Part shown: positions 62,701 to 64,000 of the stretch, in pieces
Layout of the letters: each line of letters opens with the position of its first letter
Numbering within the stretch: the stretch's first letter is position 1
DNA from: Hemiscyllium ocellatum
Lineage: Eukaryota
Direction of reading: 5' to 3'
Length of the DNA stretch: 64,000 nt
Assembly: GCF_020745735.1 (NCBI RefSeq)
Contig: NC_083419.1
Coordinates: 70,944,096-71,008,095 of the forward strand
Translations under genes and position numbers: made by a program
Notes under the pieces: model-generated
Told to the model about the DNA's origin: nothing
Database searches by the model: none
Seen by the model: only the letters and a program-made list of their open reading frames with translations

Positions 62701-64000
62701 CCACTCCGGCCTATCACCCTCACCTTGACCTCCTTCCACCTATCACATCTCCATCGCCCCTCCCCCAAGTCCCTCCTCCCTACCTTTTATCTTAGCCTAC
62801 TGGACACACTTTCCTCATTCCTGATGAAGGGCTTATGCCCGAAACATCAAATTTCCTGTTCCTTGGATGCTGCCTGACCTGCTGCGCTGTTCCAGCAACA
62901 CATTTTCAGCACTTTCACCTGAACTAGACCAATATCTGGTGGGGAGATTTGCTCGTTCTATTTCAGGAGATTGCAAGATTTGAGAGGGGTGGGGCGGGGG
63001 CTTTCTGAACAACAGTGAAAATAGAAAGAAAGATGACAATGATTCTGAATCAGAAAATAGCACGTTCTTTCGAAAGGACAGTCAAGAACAAATCAGAGAA
63101 CAAAGGAACACTGAACACTTAAACTGCATTTATTTCAATGCAAGAGGTCTCATGGATAAGGCCGATGAACTCAGGGCATGTAAGGGAACATTGGCCTGGG
63201 ATGTCATTGCTATTACAGAAACATGGCTGAGGAATGAAAAAGACTAGAGTGGTGCTGGAAAAGCACATCAGGTCAGGCAGCAGCCGAAGAGCAGGCAAAT
63301 CGATTTTCCTGCTCCTTGGTTCTGCCTGACCTGCTGTTCTTTTCTAGCACCACTCTGATTTTGACTCTAATCTCCAGCATCTGCAGTACCCATTTCTGCC
63401 GAATGGAAAAGACTGGCAGCTCAGTGTTCTGGGTTTGAGATGGTACAGGAAGGACAGAAAGAGGCAAGGCAGGGGAAGGGCTGGCATTTTTGATAATTAC
63501 TCCTGTAATTAGAGAAGGTATTTCTGACGGATCATTTAGTGAAAATATATGGGTTCAAATTAGAAATAAGAAAGGGATGATCACCTTGGTGGGGTTTTAT
63601 ATCGGCTCCCCAATAGTCAGAGGACAATTGAGAAGCAGATATCTAGAGAGATCTCAAATATATGGAAGAATAATAAGTTTGTGATAGTAGGGGATTTTAA
63701 TTTTCTAAACATTGACTCAGACTGCCATGGTGTGAAAGTTTTTGATGGTGAAGAACTTGTTCAATTACAAGAAAATGTTTGCTATAAATATATAAATCTT
63801 CCTACGCGAGGCGGATCAAAACTTGACCTTCTCTTGGGAAATAAGGCAGGGCAAGTGACTGAAGTGTGAGTCAGGGAACACTTTTGGACCAGTGATCGTA
63901 ATGCCAGTAACTTTAAAATAGTTGTGTAAAAGGATAAAAGTTAAAGTTCTTAATTGGAGTGAGACAAATGGGTATGAAAGGGTATGAAACAAAAACTTTC
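59338..64000 (+). repeat. Segmental duplication copy B (copy of 1-4662)
   Basis: atgcctggaggaagaacgcc at 59338 matches position 1, and identity runs to the window end. Confidence 0.97.

Overview
Eukaryotic genomic DNA from a cartilaginous fish (shark-like), inferred from a clustered IgM heavy-chain locus, HE1-type SINEs, CR1 LINEs and Penelope-like elements (PLEs). The main genic content is one IgM heavy-chain cluster on the minus strand (about 41.2-56.1 kb): leader, V pre-joined in the germline to D1 and D2, a separate J, then Cmu2, Cmu3, Cmu4 with secretory tail, and TM1. I could not find Cmu1. Most exons carry a disabling or function-altering lesion, so this looks like a pseudogene. The window also holds a two-exon GPR139-like GPCR with one frameshift (7.7-9.4 kb, minus), a tRNA-Val pseudogene lacking its anticodon arm, and an old tandem array of unidentified modules (27.9-35.3 kb). 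Much of the rest is retroelement sequence. This includes a near-intact CR1 with an SGNH-esterase ORF1, PLEs with hammerhead-ribozyme motifs, two PLEs with internal inversions, and five short (about 90-300 bp) PLE-terminus mini-insertions, each with its own 10-15 bp target-site duplication and four of them fold-backs. Bases 1-4662 recur almost identically at 59338-64000, just after a 200-N gap, which is either a 59.3-kb tandem duplication or an assembly artefact. All calls were made by eye; no searches were run.
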